A program made the translations under genes and the position numbers. From Malacoraja senta (lineage: Eukaryota): a stretch of 64,000 bases of DNA. The DNA is taken from NCBI GenBank assembly GCA_038087875.1, contig CM075987.1, forward strand, positions 21,826,001-21,890,000. The letters run 5' to 3'. Below are positions 51,459-64,000 of the stretch, piece by piece; the stretch's first letter is position 1, and each line of letters begins with the position of its first letter. The notes beneath the pieces were generated by a model that had not been told where the DNA came from, searched no databases, and was given only the letters and a program-made list of their open reading frames with translations.

Positions 51459-52370
51459 AGAATGTGGGGACATTCAAAGGTCAGTGTGGTCCATCTCATT
51501 GAGAGCAAAAACACAAAGTGCTGGAGTAACTCAGCCGGGCCGGCAGCATCAGTGGAGGGAATAGACAGCGATGTTTCTGGTTGAGATCCTTCTTCAGCCT
51601 GTTCTGTCCTATTGGGAGTGAATCGCAAAGTGCTAGCATAACTCAGCGGGTCAGCCAACATCTAGAAGAAATGGACAAGCATCTTGATTTGGTGCCCTTT
51701 TACAGACCCCAGCTGAAACATTGCCCATTCATTCCCTTCAGAGATGCTGCCTGACCCGCCGAGTCACTCCATCACTTTGTGTTTCACTCAAGATTCCAGT
51801 ACCTGCAGTTCCTTGTAACTCCATCTCGTTGAATAATCCCATTATGAAAATTAATTTGATTAGGATTTGAAGTGTAAATAAGAAACTGAATTGGAATGAG
51901 GAAGAGAACGGGATTTGGAGTAAGAACAGGAATGAGAACGTGAATTAGAATAAAAATGAAACCAATAGTGGGAATTAGAATAGGGTGCTGTCTGTGTGGA
52001 ATTTGTACGTTCTCACTGTGACCACAAGGGATTCCTCCAGGTGCCCTGGTTACCTCCCATGTCCCAAGGAGGTGCGGGTTTGCAGCTCAATTGGCCTCTG
52101 TAAATTGTCCCTAGTGTGCAGGGAGTGGGTGAGAAGTGGGATCGCATGGAACTAGCGTAAACGGGTGATTGATGGTCAGCGTGGGCCTGTTTCCATGCTG
52201 TATCTAAACTAAACTAAGAATGAACAAAAAGCCTTTTTTGCTTGACTTTGTTTCTCGGGTGAGAAGCCTCACATGTGTGACATAGAATGTGAAATAAAAA
52301 TAGAGAGATCCCTCTTTCAGTGGGGAAGCCTCGTGTGGCCCTTGCACTGATAATGGTCTTCTGCCAGCAG

Positions 52371-52508
52371 GTCTTCTCCACGCCTCACGGCCTGGAGGTC
52401 CACGTCAGGAGGTCTCACAGTGGCATACGACCCTACGCCTGTGACCTGTGTGGGAAAACATTTGGCCATGCCGTCAGCCTGGAGCAACACCTGAACATCC
52501 ACTCACAG
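52371..52508 (+). CDS. GFI1B: GFI1B gene exon 5 (rest of ZF1 and ZF2)
   Basis: 138 nt, phase 0-0; [46 protein letters not shown]; donor CAG|gtattc. Confidence 0.97.
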
Positions 52509-53047
52509 GTATTCCAACCCTTTCCAATCTTTCTGATGTTAGCAACGTGGCACTTTGATGTCAAGAACCCATGAAGTCGTGGGGGGGGGGGGGGAGGGGG
52601 GGAAGGGTGTGCTGTGTTCAGGAGCATCTTCAGGAGAGGAGTTGTCCCCATCCCTCAGTGAGAGCTCTTTCACGAGGATCAAAGCTGTACCTCAATTAGA
52701 GTCTGCAATACCCAGGAAAGAAAGACTGTAAGATTCAGTGGGACGTTGAGGAGAGGAAGGGCTCCACCCATAAAGTGAAAGTCTAGATCAAAGGAGAGGA
52801 GGGGACCAATGAGATTCGGCACCCTCAGGGTTGGGCAGAACCCAGTGATAGGGAGACACAAGGAACCAGTTAATGCTGGAACCTTGAGCAAAGCACAAAG
52901 TGCTGGAGGAACTCAGCAGGTCAGCCAGCATCTGTAGCGAGAATGGCTTTGTGTTTAGTTTATTGTCACGTGTACCGAGGTACAGTAAAAAGCTTTTGTT
53001 GCATGCTAACCAGTCAGCGGAAAGACCGTACATGATTACAATCGAGC

Positions 53048-53586
53048 TTCCTGGCGAGAATGCGGATATTATCCGAGTCACGTCCTCGCCCCCCCCCCCC
53101 CCCCGGGACCGGACCAGAGCTGCAGCAGCGGCGGCGAGGCGCTGGAAACATCGCGGAGCGGGCGAGGCCTTCCTGGGATCGCTGCTTTGAGCTCCGGAGC
53201 TTTGCCGGGGGTCGCCAGCGCGAATCTCTGCCCAGCGCGGCCTGTGGACATCGGGAGCCGCGGACTCCGGTGGAAGGTGGCCGACGAGAGGTTCCCTGCG
53301 AGAGGGCCTGAACATCGGGCCGCCCGTAGCGATGGCTACGGGGTGCTCGGGAGGCCCCGACCACGGGTGAACATTGGGGAACATCGGCGAGGAGGTTGAC
53401 TGGACTTTGGTTCCTTCCCTCACAGTGGGGAATTTTGGTGCTGCTGTGGGGATGTTTGTGTTGAGGACTACTGTGTTCTGTGTTTTGTGTTTTTTTGGGG
53501 GGGGTTTTGTATGACTAAGGGAAAAATAATTTCGTTGTCTCTTCATTGAAGACAATGACAATAAATTAAATCAAATCAAATCAAAA
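53048..53586 (+). mobile_element. CpG-rich non-autonomous retroelement nested in an older minus-strand element
   Basis: GC/CpG-rich body ending aatttcgttgtctct...gacaatgacaataaa(aaatc)n; the host repeat is split at acaatcgagc|...|cattcaca. Confidence 0.65.
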
Positions 53587-54196
53587 TCATTCACATTGTA
53601 CAGATTCATGATGAAGGGAATAACGTGAATAACATCCAGTGCAAGATAAAGCCAGTAAAGTCTGATCAAAGATTGTCCGAGGGTCTCCAATGAGGTAGAT
53701 AATTGTTCAGGACTGCTCCCTGGTTCTCTCTAGGATAGGTGACATTTGGGCTGGGACTCTTTGGACTCTGGTGAGTGGGAGCCTGTACCCCAGAGGGAAT
53801 CAGGAATTTCAGGATCAGAGATGACCTGTATCCCAGTGAGTGGAGTCTTTGGGGGAGGAGTCAAACACTAGGAAAACCGTAAGCTTGTAAATTCCATCAA
53901 GGAGTGTGATTTTGTTTCGAGGAACATGCAATTGAATTTCAGAAGAGGTTGCAGAAATGTGCTCGGTCTTTAAAAACCATACTGTTTATCCTGGCACATC
54001 TGGGCCTGGTGCAGCCTGAACAGCTGCACACACTTACTGTGCACCAACTATAGTGAAGAGTTACACGCTCGAAACGGATAGGCATTGCCATGAGGATCAG
54101 TTTGGAATACCATGCACTGGTATTTACAGGTGTGGGCTTTGGTTTAGTTCACCATTTCAGTGAGAATGAATTTCTTGCCAAAAACTGTGAACTTGA

Positions 54197-55740
<1,544 letters not shown>

Positions 55741-57826
55741 AGGACATAACAAAATATAAAATGACATCAGTTGGCTTAAAGTGGGATTTGGGCAGAAACA
55801 GCTGTCCCACCGAATAATAACAAGGGTAAATTTAATAGAACCAAATGTTGGAACCAATGTAGGACACAATGTGCTGGAGTAACTCAGCAGGTCAGACACT
55901 ATCTCTGGATAGTGTGGATAGGTGACGATTCAGGTCAGGGCCCTTCTTCAGAATGCATATCTGTAGTTTTTTTGCATGCTCTCCAGAGATGCTGCCTGAC
56001 CTGCTGAGTTTCTCCTTAACTTTGTGTCATTTTGTGTATTAACCATCATCTGCAGTTCTTTGTTTCTACCTTTGAAACCACTGTTGAGTTTTATATTCAA
56101 CACAAGGAACTGAGGGAGAATTTCTGCAACTCAGTGACAGAAGGAGGAAGGTAGATTGTAAACAGTCTTCTTTTAAGGTTCAGGCAGAGTGTTTGTTTCA
56201 TTTAGCAAGCCTATTCCACTATTTAATGAGATCACGGTTGATCTGACTGCAGCCTCAACTGTGCTTGTGGCAATCATTCACCCCTCACATATCAAACAGC
56301 TATCGACCTCTACCTTCAAACCATTCAAAGACCCTGCCTCCACCACCCTTTGAGGAAGAGCATTTAAACACTCATGACCATCTGAGAGAGAAAATAATAA
56401 TTTGAAACCACCACCTTTGTATCAAAGTGTGAGTAGATTCTATTTTTGAGCTGCAGCTGAGAATCTGACTTTGGATACTGTCCGTGTGGACTTTGCAGGT
56501 TGCTCCAGTTTCCTCCCACATCACAAAAATGTGTGGGTTTGTAGGTTAATTGGCCTCTGTTAATTGCCCCTAGCATGTTGGGAGTGGATGAGAAAGTGAG
56601 ATGAAATAGAACTAGTGCGAATGGGTGATGAATGGTCGGCATGGACTCGGTGGGCCGAAGGGCCTGTTTCCCTGTTGCAACTTAAACTAAACTAAATGTG
56701 GTGTTATGAAATTTATGGACAATATTACTTACTCATGACATTCAATAGAAGTCCTTCAGAAAGGCTTCCTTCCTGCGGCTGTAACAGTACTCCCGCTTAC
56801 TCCCCATCCTAATGTTACTACCCATGGCGGTTCTTATAACTCTAAAGCAGAGATTGCAGGTTCAATTCCTCTACTAGAGATTTAAATTCTAAGCTGATAT
56901 TTCCTTGTAATACTGATGGGATGTTGACTGACTAGCTTCAAAACGCACTTTGTTGGATGTAAAGTACTTTGGATGTTATTGAAAATTGCTATATAAAATG
57001 CAGGCCTTACTTTCCATGCTACCTTTTAGGAAGACATTAACTTACTCCCTGTTTGGCTTGCCTAGGGTAGATTAAAAACGATTCTGTGATGTTATTTCAA
57101 AGATAAAGGGAAGCGTTCTCTCTGTAGCATCAGCTAACGTCTTATTCCTTAAACCAACATAATAAAACGATTGGAGATACCAAGAACTGCAGACGCTGGA
57201 ATGATGAACAAGATATCAATTGGTGAACAAACTCATCGGGTTAGGCAACATTGGTAGAGGGAATGGACAGGCAACGTTTCAGGTAGGGACATGATCTGTC
57301 CATTCCCTCCATAAATGCTGCCAGACCTGGTGAGTTACTCCAACACTTTGAGTTTTGCTTAATAAAACAACTCATCCAGTCATTATCACATTGCAAAGAC
57401 CTTTGATTAGTACGGCTGTCAGAGGTTTCAGGGAGAAGGCAGAAGAATGGCGTTAGGAGGGAGAGATAGACCAGCCATGATTGAATGGCGGAGTAGACTT
57501 GATGGGCCGAATGGTCTAATTCTGCTCCTATCACCTGTGATCTTATGACCATTTACCCGAAATGTTAATTTGCTTTCCATCCCCATTGATGCTGCCAGAT
57601 TCACTGAGTAATTTCAGCATTCTCTTTTTTTAAAAATCATATTGGTAGTGGTGGAAGATTGCTGTGAGCAAAAATAATAGCACATTTTTGAAAATGACCA
57701 CTGCATTTTTGATACTAACGCCAAGAACAAGTCCGTTCACTAATGTCCTGAAGTGCTAGCGGACATTTTGAAGTGCAAGTTTGTTCTCCTATTAACTTCT
57801 GCCTTTTGCTCTGCTTTGTGTCTCAG

Positions 57827-58008
57827 GTGAGAAGCCTCACAAGTGTCAGGTGTGTGGGAAATCGTTCAGCCAGAGCTCCAACCTCATCACCCACAGCCGC
57901 AAACACAGTGGCTTCAAACCCTTTGGTTGCGAGCAGTGTGCCAAGGGCTTCCAACGCAAAGTGGATCTCCGCCGTCACTGCGAGACTCAACACGGCTTGA
58001 AGTGTTAG
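57827..58008 (+). CDS. GFI1B: GFI1B last coding exon (ZF5-ZF6, stop TAG 58006-58008); total CDS 1026 nt, 341 aa
   Basis: Acceptor tttgtgtctcag|; (G)[59 protein letters not shown]. Paralogue assignment is supported by adjacency to TSC1. Confidence 0.97.
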
Positions 58009-58017
58009 GACTCAGGC

Positions 58018-58180
58018 GCAAGGAACTGCAGATGCTGGAATCTTGAGTAAAAGCACAATGTGCTGGAGGTACTCAGTGGATTAGGCAGCATCCATGGAGG
58101 AAATGGACGCGTGATAACACCCGTCTATTCCCTCCACAGATGCTGGCTGATCCGCTGAGTTACTCCAGCACTTTGTATTT
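58018..58180. mobile_element. Degenerate inverted PLE repeat starting about 10 nt after the GFI1B stop codon
   Basis: aggaactgcagatgctgg...tgctggaggtactcag...ctgagttactccagcactttg. Confidence 0.75.
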
Positions 58181-59264
58181 CGTTGAAGTGTTGGAAGCCT
58201 CTCTTGGAAGTGCAGGGTGAGGGGTGGGAGGCTGGGAGTGCAGAGGGGGAATATGAAAACAAATGACCATCATCAGCCAGAATGAACGAGCCCCTGCCCA
58301 CCCCCTCCACCCTCTCCCATTGACTTGCTGTGCACTGAAGTGAAACACTGGCTGGAAGCTGGGGAGATTCAAGTGGCTCCATGCACCCAAGGAAAGCCCA
58401 ATCCCTATCGGTTTGGTTTTTCCTCAGTTGTCCTCTCAGCTGTTTTCCAGATACTTTGAAATAATTTTGCTGTAATGTCTTTTATTCTGTTCCCTCATTG
58501 ACCCACACAGATTGTCCATTGCTTCAAAACTCTCCAACCCTTTCTCATTCCTCCTCCCTATCTGTAACTTCTTTCATCCTTGGAAATATTGGAAATCGTT
58601 ACTTATTTCCGATTCGAGCTACTTGCCCTTGGTTCTACCATTGGTTTAAGCTGCCCAAGCTTCAAATCCCAGAATCTCCTACCTATACTGCCACCTCTCC
58701 CAATCTTCCCCTTTTTAAGAACTTTTCATAGCCTATCTCTCTGACCATGCTTTTGATAAACAGTCCTATTGAGTGACATTGAGCGCCTGAATGTCATTTG
58801 TCTGAAGCAATGTCTGAATGAGTGGCGCAGCTGGTAGAGCTGCTGCCTCACAGCTTCAGAGACCTCAGTTGAATCCGGACCTCTGTGTGGAGTTTGCATG
58901 TTCTCCCTGAGACCGAGTGGGATTTTCCTGGGTGCTCCAGTTTCCTCCTACATCTTAAAGGTTTGTAGGTCAATTGGCCTCTGTAAATTGCCCCAAGTGT
59001 GTCGCGAGTGGATGCGAAAGTGGGATAACAAGGACGAGTGTGAATGGGTGATCAATGTTGACGTGGACTTGGTGGGCCGAAGGGCCTTTCTCGATGTTGT
59101 ATCTTTCAATCAATTCAATGAATCAATTCCACTCTGATAATATCCCCATGAAGTTTCTGCAGGTGATTTACAGTGATAAAGGCACAGTTTAAATGCACTT
59201 TGTTGCTGGTGTATTAAAACTAGAAAATGTTGAGGATACCCAGTAGAGTGACAGTCAGAGCTGC

Positions 59265-59915
59265 ATAGAGTCATACAACATGGAAACAGGCCCTTTGGCT
59301 CAACTCTGCATGCTGACCAAGACGCCCCATTTAAACTACTCCCATTTGCCTGCATTTTGTCTATAATCCTCTAAACCTACCGTATCCATGCACACGTCCA
59401 AATGTCTTTTAAACGTTGTTATTCTACCTCCTTCAACTACTTCTTCTGGCAGCTTGTTCCATATACCCAGCACTCTCTGTGTGAAAAGTAGCCCCTCAGG
59501 TTTCCATTAAATCTTGCTCCTCTCACCTTAAAACTAGTTATCGATTCCCTTATCTTGGGATAAAAAGCTTCTGTGCATTCACCCTATCTATTCCCCTCGT
59601 GATTTTATAAACCTGTAGGATCACCCCTCAGCCTGCTGCACTCCGATGCATAAAGTCCTAGCCTGTTCAACCTCTCTCCATAGCACAGGTGCTCAAGTCC
59701 AGATAACATCCTTATAAATATTCTCAGTACTCTTTCCAACTTAATGGCACCATTCCTATAGCAGAGTGACCAAAAATGAACAAGTGTAGACTCACCAATG
59801 TATTGTTTAACTGTAACATAGCATACCAACTTCAATACTCATTTCCCTGTCTGATGAAGGCCAGTGGGCCAAAAGACTTCTTCACCACCTTATCTACCTG
59901 CAACACCACTTTCAA
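59265..59915 (-). mobile_element. CR1/HER1 LINE 3' part
   Basis: ORF 59605-59835: VHFWSLCY...LERV.R.F.RMLSGLE...YGERLNRLGLY...RLRGD. Confidence 0.88.
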
Positions 59916-60299
59916 GGAACAGCAGCAGGACAGGTAGTATCTGCAGAGAGAGCAAGGAAGCTGGAAAAGTAAGAATACAAGCATGTTTTGTATTGCAGAG
60001 AGGAGTGAAGGGAGAGAGTAACGGCAATGTCTATGACCAAGTGAAGACCAGTGGTGTCGAGGGACACAGTTGTTAGCGCTGCTGTCTGTGGGAGGAAAGG
60101 GTTGCTTGCTCATCATTGCTGATTTGCCTGGAGAAGTGTGGAATAAAGCAGTGGAAGATAGTCCTGTCGAACTATGAGATGCAGACCACAGCAAGTTACT
60201 GGAAATCTGAAATAACAGAGGATGTTGAAATACTCGGTAGATCAAGTAGCATCTGTGGAGAGGTAAAAACTGAGGATAGTACAGATGGACAATCTCACA

Positions 60300-60720
60300 T
60301 CTGAGCTGGCCGGTTCTGACACAAAGAGGAAAGTCTGTTTATCTGAACCTGTTGAATTGTATTTGAATTCCCAAGGGCTGCAATAGGTATGGACGGAAGA
60401 TGCTTAGGCTGGGCTTCGCTGGGAATGTGCAGAATCACTGGGAGAGCACAGTGGGAGTGGGATGGAGAATTAAAGTGACAGGCGACAGGAAGCTCAGGGT
60501 CAGCCTTGCAGACCAGACTGGAGATGCTCTGCGAAGCTCTTGCTGCTGTTGGTTAGCGGACCCAAACCAAACAAACTGACTTCCTGTGTAGGAAGGAAGT
60601 GCAGATGCTGGTTTAAACCGAAGATAGACACAAAAAGCCGGAGTAACTCAGCCGGGGCAGGCAGCATCTCTGGAGAAAAGGAATGGGTGATGTTTCGGGT
60701 CGAGACCATTTCTTCACACT
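60300..60720 (-). mobile_element. PLE remnants (old GIY-YIG fragment at 60300-60540 and younger terminal repeat at 60585-60720)
   Basis: SFAEHL...LPVACHFNSPSHSH remnant on the minus strand; gtgtaggaaggaagtgcagatgctgg...tttcgggtcgagacc on the plus strand. Confidence 0.75.
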
Positions 60721-62325
60721 TCGTAGTTTATTCCCCAATTTGTGTTCAACTGGTTGATCTCAGCTAAAGAGCGAAGTTTACGACTGACTTTGTGCTGTTG
60801 GATGTTGTTGGAGAGAGGCGGGTATTTGACAGAACATCCATCCTCTTCATCAAATGTAATTTGGCCATCAGCATCGCCACTGGGACAGGGAAGTGGTGAG
60901 GGTGAGGCGTTGGGGTTGGGGAGTGGGTGGAGAAGAAATAAGTGGCTCAGTACATGCTGTGATTTGAAATCCTTCTTTAGTTTCATGGATACAGAATTGG
61001 ACAGAAAATGCTGCAAAGAAAAGGTCATTGACTTAACAAGTCCTTGTCAATATTTGTGCTCCACTCAAACATCATCTTGGCACCTCTTTACCTTCCTTAT
61101 TTGCAAATCTAATTTCCTATTGATTGCATCTGTGCTTCATATACTTCAAATGTTTTTATAGTTGCATGTTCCCATATTCTTAAAACCTTCTGGTTTAAAA
61201 AAAAGTATCTCCTGGATTTGCTAGTGCTTCTTTCATTCACACGGGTTCCAGTTTTATTCTTCCTGAGAAAGTGGGTTAACAATTCACGCGCGTTCACATC
61301 TGCTAAACACGCGGTATTGTTGTGGCTGCACAATGTGCTCTGTCTCTGAAATTTGTTTCCATTGAATGGAATCAATGGATTCATTATCCTGCAAGCAAAC
61401 TGCATCCATCCCACAAGCCGTGTTGTGCAGGTACCAGCAATAATACAATACAAAGGCCTCGCCAAATGATATTTTAAGGCAGAGATAGATAGATTCTTGA
61501 TTAGTACGGGTGTCAGGGGTTATGGGGAGGAGGCAGCAGAATGGGGCTGGAAGGGGGAGAAGGCAGGCACGGGTTATTGATTGGGGACGATCAGCCATGA
61601 TCACAATGAATGGCGGTGCTAGCTCGAAGGGCTGAATGGCCTCCTCCTGCACCTATTTTCTATGAAGAGATAGATCAGCCATGATTGAATGGCATAGACT
61701 TGATGGGCAGAATGGCCTCATTCTGCTCTGATCACTTGTGAACATGTTGGCCCAAATGTTCATGTTCATGTTCACATGTTCTGGGAGCAGAATAAGGCCA
61801 TTTGGCTCATCAAGTCTACTCCGCCATTCAATCATGGCTGATCTATCTTTCCCTCTCAACCCCATTCTCCTGCCTTCGCCCCATAACCCCTGGCACCCTT
61901 ACTAATCAAAAATGTGTCAATCTCCGATTTAAAAATATCCATTGACTTGGCCTCCACAGCCATCTGCGGCAATGAATTCCACAGAGTCTGTGTGACATAA
62001 ATATTATCTCCAGGACCCTGCTGAAAGAAGTCCCAGAAGGAATATAATGGAGTGCATTATCACTTTTGGTTTGTTTGAGTGATCCAGTTCATTTATGGAA
62101 AAGCTTTCTCTTCATTAAAAGATAAGAATCATCCAATATTATAATAGAGTTATTTCCTTTCCAATTTACTGCAAGGCCCGATGTGGGCATTTGTATTTAT
62201 GTGTAAAGAAGGAACGGTGGGTTTGCATTAAACACAGTAAGGACAAGTGCATACGTGTGCGTAATATGAGTCTTTTCAAATGCGTCATTTTCTGTGGTTA
62301 CATTATGGTCACATCTTGGTCTAAT

Positions 62326-62396
62326 GTGGGGATTAGACCAAATTATGGTCTAATCCCCACGTAAAACCAATTAGACCAAATTATGGTCTAATTGGT
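62326..62396. repeat. Two adjacent perfect hairpins sharing a 23-nt core
   Basis: GTGGGGATTAGACCA-aatta-TGGTCTAATCCCCAC (62326-62360) and ACCAATTAGACCA-aatta-TGGTCTAATTGGT (62366-62396). Confidence 0.9.
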
Positions 62397-64000
62397 CTAA
62401 TTCTGTGGGGAGCCACAGAAGGTATTGGTCACAAAAGTCTGGAGTAACTCAGCGGGACAGGCAGCATCTCTGGAGAGAAGGAATGGGCGACGTTTCGGGT
62501 CGAGACCCTGCTCCATATGGGTGACCAGAATGTATTAGTCACAGCCACAGAATATTTGTCGCGTTCTGTGGGTGAGCCAATGATAGTGTAGGGAAAGGAT
62601 AACTGAAAGTCCAGCAATATGTTCAAACAAGTTGGAATGTCAGCATGTGTGATGGAGAATTTTTATCACAGTTTTTGTTTCTTTCTTATAAATACCAGTT
62701 AAGCTTATTCAGAATAAAATCAGTGAAAATTTGCCTGTTTTGTGTTGTTTGATTTTTTTCATTCCCTTAGCTTTATTGTGGAGAAGGGTCCCGACCCGAA
62801 GCATCACCTAACCTTGTTCTCCAGAGATCCTGCCTGACCCACTGAATGACTCCCATGCTTTATATCCTTTTATCTCTAGTTAATGTTGATTCTCGGAGCC
62901 AACCTTGATGATACGAAACTGTAACTCATGACGATGATACTTGGGGTACATCTCCCTTGCGGGAGATGGAATCTTACGCCACACATTGTCACAAGAGGTT
63001 CCCATCCCGTGACTGAAATGGGTATGTTCACTGTTTGGATGAAGGAAAGGCTAAAGATATGCAGGGCGTAACTGAAGAGTTCATGCCTAGGTATGGGGTT
63101 GCGATGATGAACTCAGTGCCTGGTGCTTGGGGGGAGGAAAAATAAATGAGGTTCCCATTCCTGATCCGTGCGGAAGTGCACATCAGAGCAGGACTATGTA
63201 GTCTTGTAGTGATACTAAAATGGAGACATAAAGAACTGATTTATAAAAAATACAAACTGCTAGAGTAACTCAGTAGGTCAGGCAGCATCGCTAGAGGATG
63301 TGGATAGTTGACACTTTGGGTCATTGCCCTTCTTCGGATTGTAATGGGGGGGGGGGTAAAGTTGGAAAAGAGGTGGGATAAGGTCTTGACCTGAAACATC
63401 ACCTGTTCCTTTTTCCAGAGATGCTGCCTGACCCGCTGAGTTACTACAGCACTTTGTGTCTAAAGCTTGGCAAGTGATAGGTGGATACAGATGAGGGGCA
63501 TTTGATTGGCAGGTGGGTGGACAAAGGCCACAGATGAAAGGGAGCCAAACGGCTGTGAGATAAAGAGAGAAGAGGAGCGGTGTGAAGCCAGAGGAAGGGG
63601 GAGAGGTGGGAGGGGACAGGGGAGATGGGGTGGGGGGGGGGGGGAGGTGTAGGGGAAAGATAGTGGGGCAGGATAGTGGAAGACATTGGTGCACACCAGG
63701 GTAGGTACAGGGAAGGGTGGGGGGGAGGGGGAATAGGGAGGGGTACCGTTGTGCAAGAACGTGTGTGGTACAACATTACGGGGTCATTGGACGTGTTGTG
63801 GGCAGCTACAGGTATTTACGGATACTGCTATGTGAAGAACATGCCAATACTGATGTGGGTTGGTACAAATATGCACAAGTGGAATTGTTCTCTCCCTGGA
63901 CAGACTCAGCTCAAAATAACGTAGCTAGTGTTGAAGGAGTTAACAGATTTACCGCCTTGTCTCTAATCCATCTGGAGAGCGCCATGTGATAGGATGTTGC

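Noticed and set aside
52788..53561. 257-aa minus-strand ORF as a novel gene
   Set aside because: It spans three different repeats, mostly a GC-rich element where stops are rare by composition, and has no recognisable domain.
59895..59985. Strong minus-strand acceptor followed by ILPVLLLFLESGVAG resembling a signal-peptide exon
   Set aside because: Most of the segment and its apparent donor lie within CR1 sequence, and no partner exons were found.
63965..63995. CATCTG...TGATAG as a TAL1-GATA composite site
   Set aside because: The spacing of about 12 nt is longer than the canonical composite, and the site lies at the window edge without context.

Overview
Vertebrate genomic DNA, most likely from a cartilaginous fish (skate or ray), inferred from HE1-like SINEs, CR1/HER1 LINE tails and abundant Penelope-derived repeats. 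Two genes lie head-to-head, as at human 9q34. On the minus strand is the 5' part of TSC1 (hamartin): a CpG-island first exon near 13.6 kb, a candidate 23-nt UTR microexon, and four coding exons running off the left edge. On the plus strand is a complete GFI1B: a promoter and non-coding first exon near 30.2-30.5 kb and six coding exons at 37889-58008 encoding 341 aa (SNAG domain plus six C2H2 fingers). The remainder is dense retroelement debris: Penelope-like elements with GIY-YIG remnants and minimal hammerhead-ribozyme cores (often as inverted pairs), HE1/V-SINEs, CR1, L2, Rex1/Babar, RTE, and a young L1 with a 14-bp TSD. The most notable observations are (1) a 10-codon uORF in TSC1 exon 1 that appears conserved with human, plus a microexon that would create an overlapping uORF; (2) a degenerate tandem echo of the GFI1B exon-6 end and splice donor that could give a ZF5-6-less isoform; (3) a ghost copy of the GFI1B last-exon acceptor upstream of exon 5; (4) hammerhead cores inside both transcription units; and (5) a GFI1B promoter with mammal-like CCAAT/GATA/AATC architecture. 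All comparisons with human are from recalled knowledge, not from alignments run here. Repeat boundaries are approximate.
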